Origin: Macrostomum lignano
Taxonomy: Eukaryota
DNA length: 64,000 nt
Assembly (NCBI GenBank): GCA_002269645.1
Contig: NIVC01000872.1
Location: forward strand, 1 to 64,000
Direction: 5' to 3'
This document shows positions 63,187 to 64,000 of this stretch, piece by piece. The notes under the pieces were generated by a model that saw nothing but the letters and a program-made list of their open reading frames with translations, was not told the DNA's origin and ran no database searches. A program made the translations under genes and the position numbers. Positions within the stretch are counted from its first letter, which is position 1. Every line of letters begins with the position of its first letter.

Positions 63187-63720
63187 TTGCCTGGGCTGCC
63201 TTTCGTTCTGTGAGGGCAGTCCTGCAGTCCGAGGCCCTACCGGACCGTCAGAGGGCGGCGCTGTTCCAGGCGGTAATCGAGACCGTCCTGCTGTACAACG
63301 CCGAGACCTGGACGCTGACGGACTCACTCGAACAGCAAGTCGATGCGGAGCACGCTGGCCTGCTGCGCGCCGCCTTCAACATCGGCGTCGAGCGAGTCAA
63401 CAATGCGGCACTATCGCCGCGCTGGCCTGCCACGTCCAAGCGATCTACTGCGCCGTCGGCGACTCCAGCTAGCAGGCCATCTCATCCGCGCCGAGTCGTA
63501 CTGCCCACAGCCGGTGCAGGAGGTGCTGCTGCTCACGCTGCAGGCACCCTACCGGCGAGGTCAAGCGCAAACTCGGCGTTACGTCGACTGTCTGCTGGCT
63601 GACGCCGGCGCCCCGGACACTGCCGGTGGCGCGGCCTTTGTTCGCGCCCAAGCCATGAAGCGCGCCCTGTGACGCTGGCTTTTGCCATTCTGACAGCGTA
63701 TTTTGTTGTTGTTGTTGTTG
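63187..63720 (+). mobile_element. 5'-truncated RTE LINE with (GTT)n tail inserted in the 15-bp minisatellite
   Basis: ALFQAVIETVLLYNAETWTLTDSLEQQVDAEHAGLLRAAF...LRRRRLQLAGH, ending ttttgttgttgttgttgttg. Confidence 0.88.
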
Positions 63721-64000
63721 GCGCCCCCGGTGCTGGCGCCCCCGGTGCTGACGCCCCCGGTGCTGGCGCCCCCGGTGCTGGCGCCCCCGGTGCTGGCGCT
63801 CGCATCATTAAACATCAATCAACACGGGCCCTAACACTGTCATTGTCTACTTGTTAGTTTAAGAAACAATAATGCTTTCTTTTCTTATGTTTTTTCTAAT
63901 GCATCTTTTCGCACTACTTATATCCGGACAAGTAGATACTTTTGTGCTCAAGCATAAAATTTAACTCAATAAAGTAGACGCAGTTTATATTGGAAAGCAT

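Noticed and set aside
62608-63472. Collagen-like/Pro-rich long ORFs (VLAPP, GAPGA, GASTG repeats)
   Set aside because: Artefacts of a 15-bp GC minisatellite fused to an RTE fragment.

Overview
Eukaryotic (metazoan) genomic DNA with spliceosomal introns, SINEs, LINEs and DNA transposons. The gene and repeat style is compatible with a free-living flatworm such as Macrostomum, but that is inference only. Left to right: (i) 1-~6 kb, a decayed Polinton/adintovirus-like element (frameshifted PolB N-terminus and integrase, open amphipathic pX/cupiennin-like ORF, open parvovirus-type PLA2, two orphan ORFs); (ii) ~6.7-15.5 kb, a CMC/EnSpm (CACTA-type) transposon-like block with a frameshifted DDE transposase, a coiled-coil+BEN-like gene, a spliced gene carrying an HROB/C17orf53-like (DUF4539) OB-fold plus a Cys cluster, and 103-bp subterminal repeats; (iii) ~16.4-48.8 kb, a large inverted duplication A-B | class-A GPCR (one in-frame TAA) | B'-A', where A and B are secreted PAN/Apple + ALK/LTK-type glycine-rich-domain genes, both left-arm copies are intact and both right-arm copies are disrupted. 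Arm-specific insertions include a Harbinger MITE, hAT MITEs, a tRNA-SINE, a P element with an 8-bp TSD, and a 3.6-kb TSD-flanked Penelope-like composite with hammerhead ribozyme motifs; (iv) 49-64 kb, LINE fragments, a probable LTR with PBS, a BEN-like orphan, a fifth decayed paralog (C), a TTAA-flanked foldback element and an RTE fragment inside a GC-rich minisatellite. All family calls come from motif recognition by eye, with no database search. Coordinates of decayed elements are approximate.
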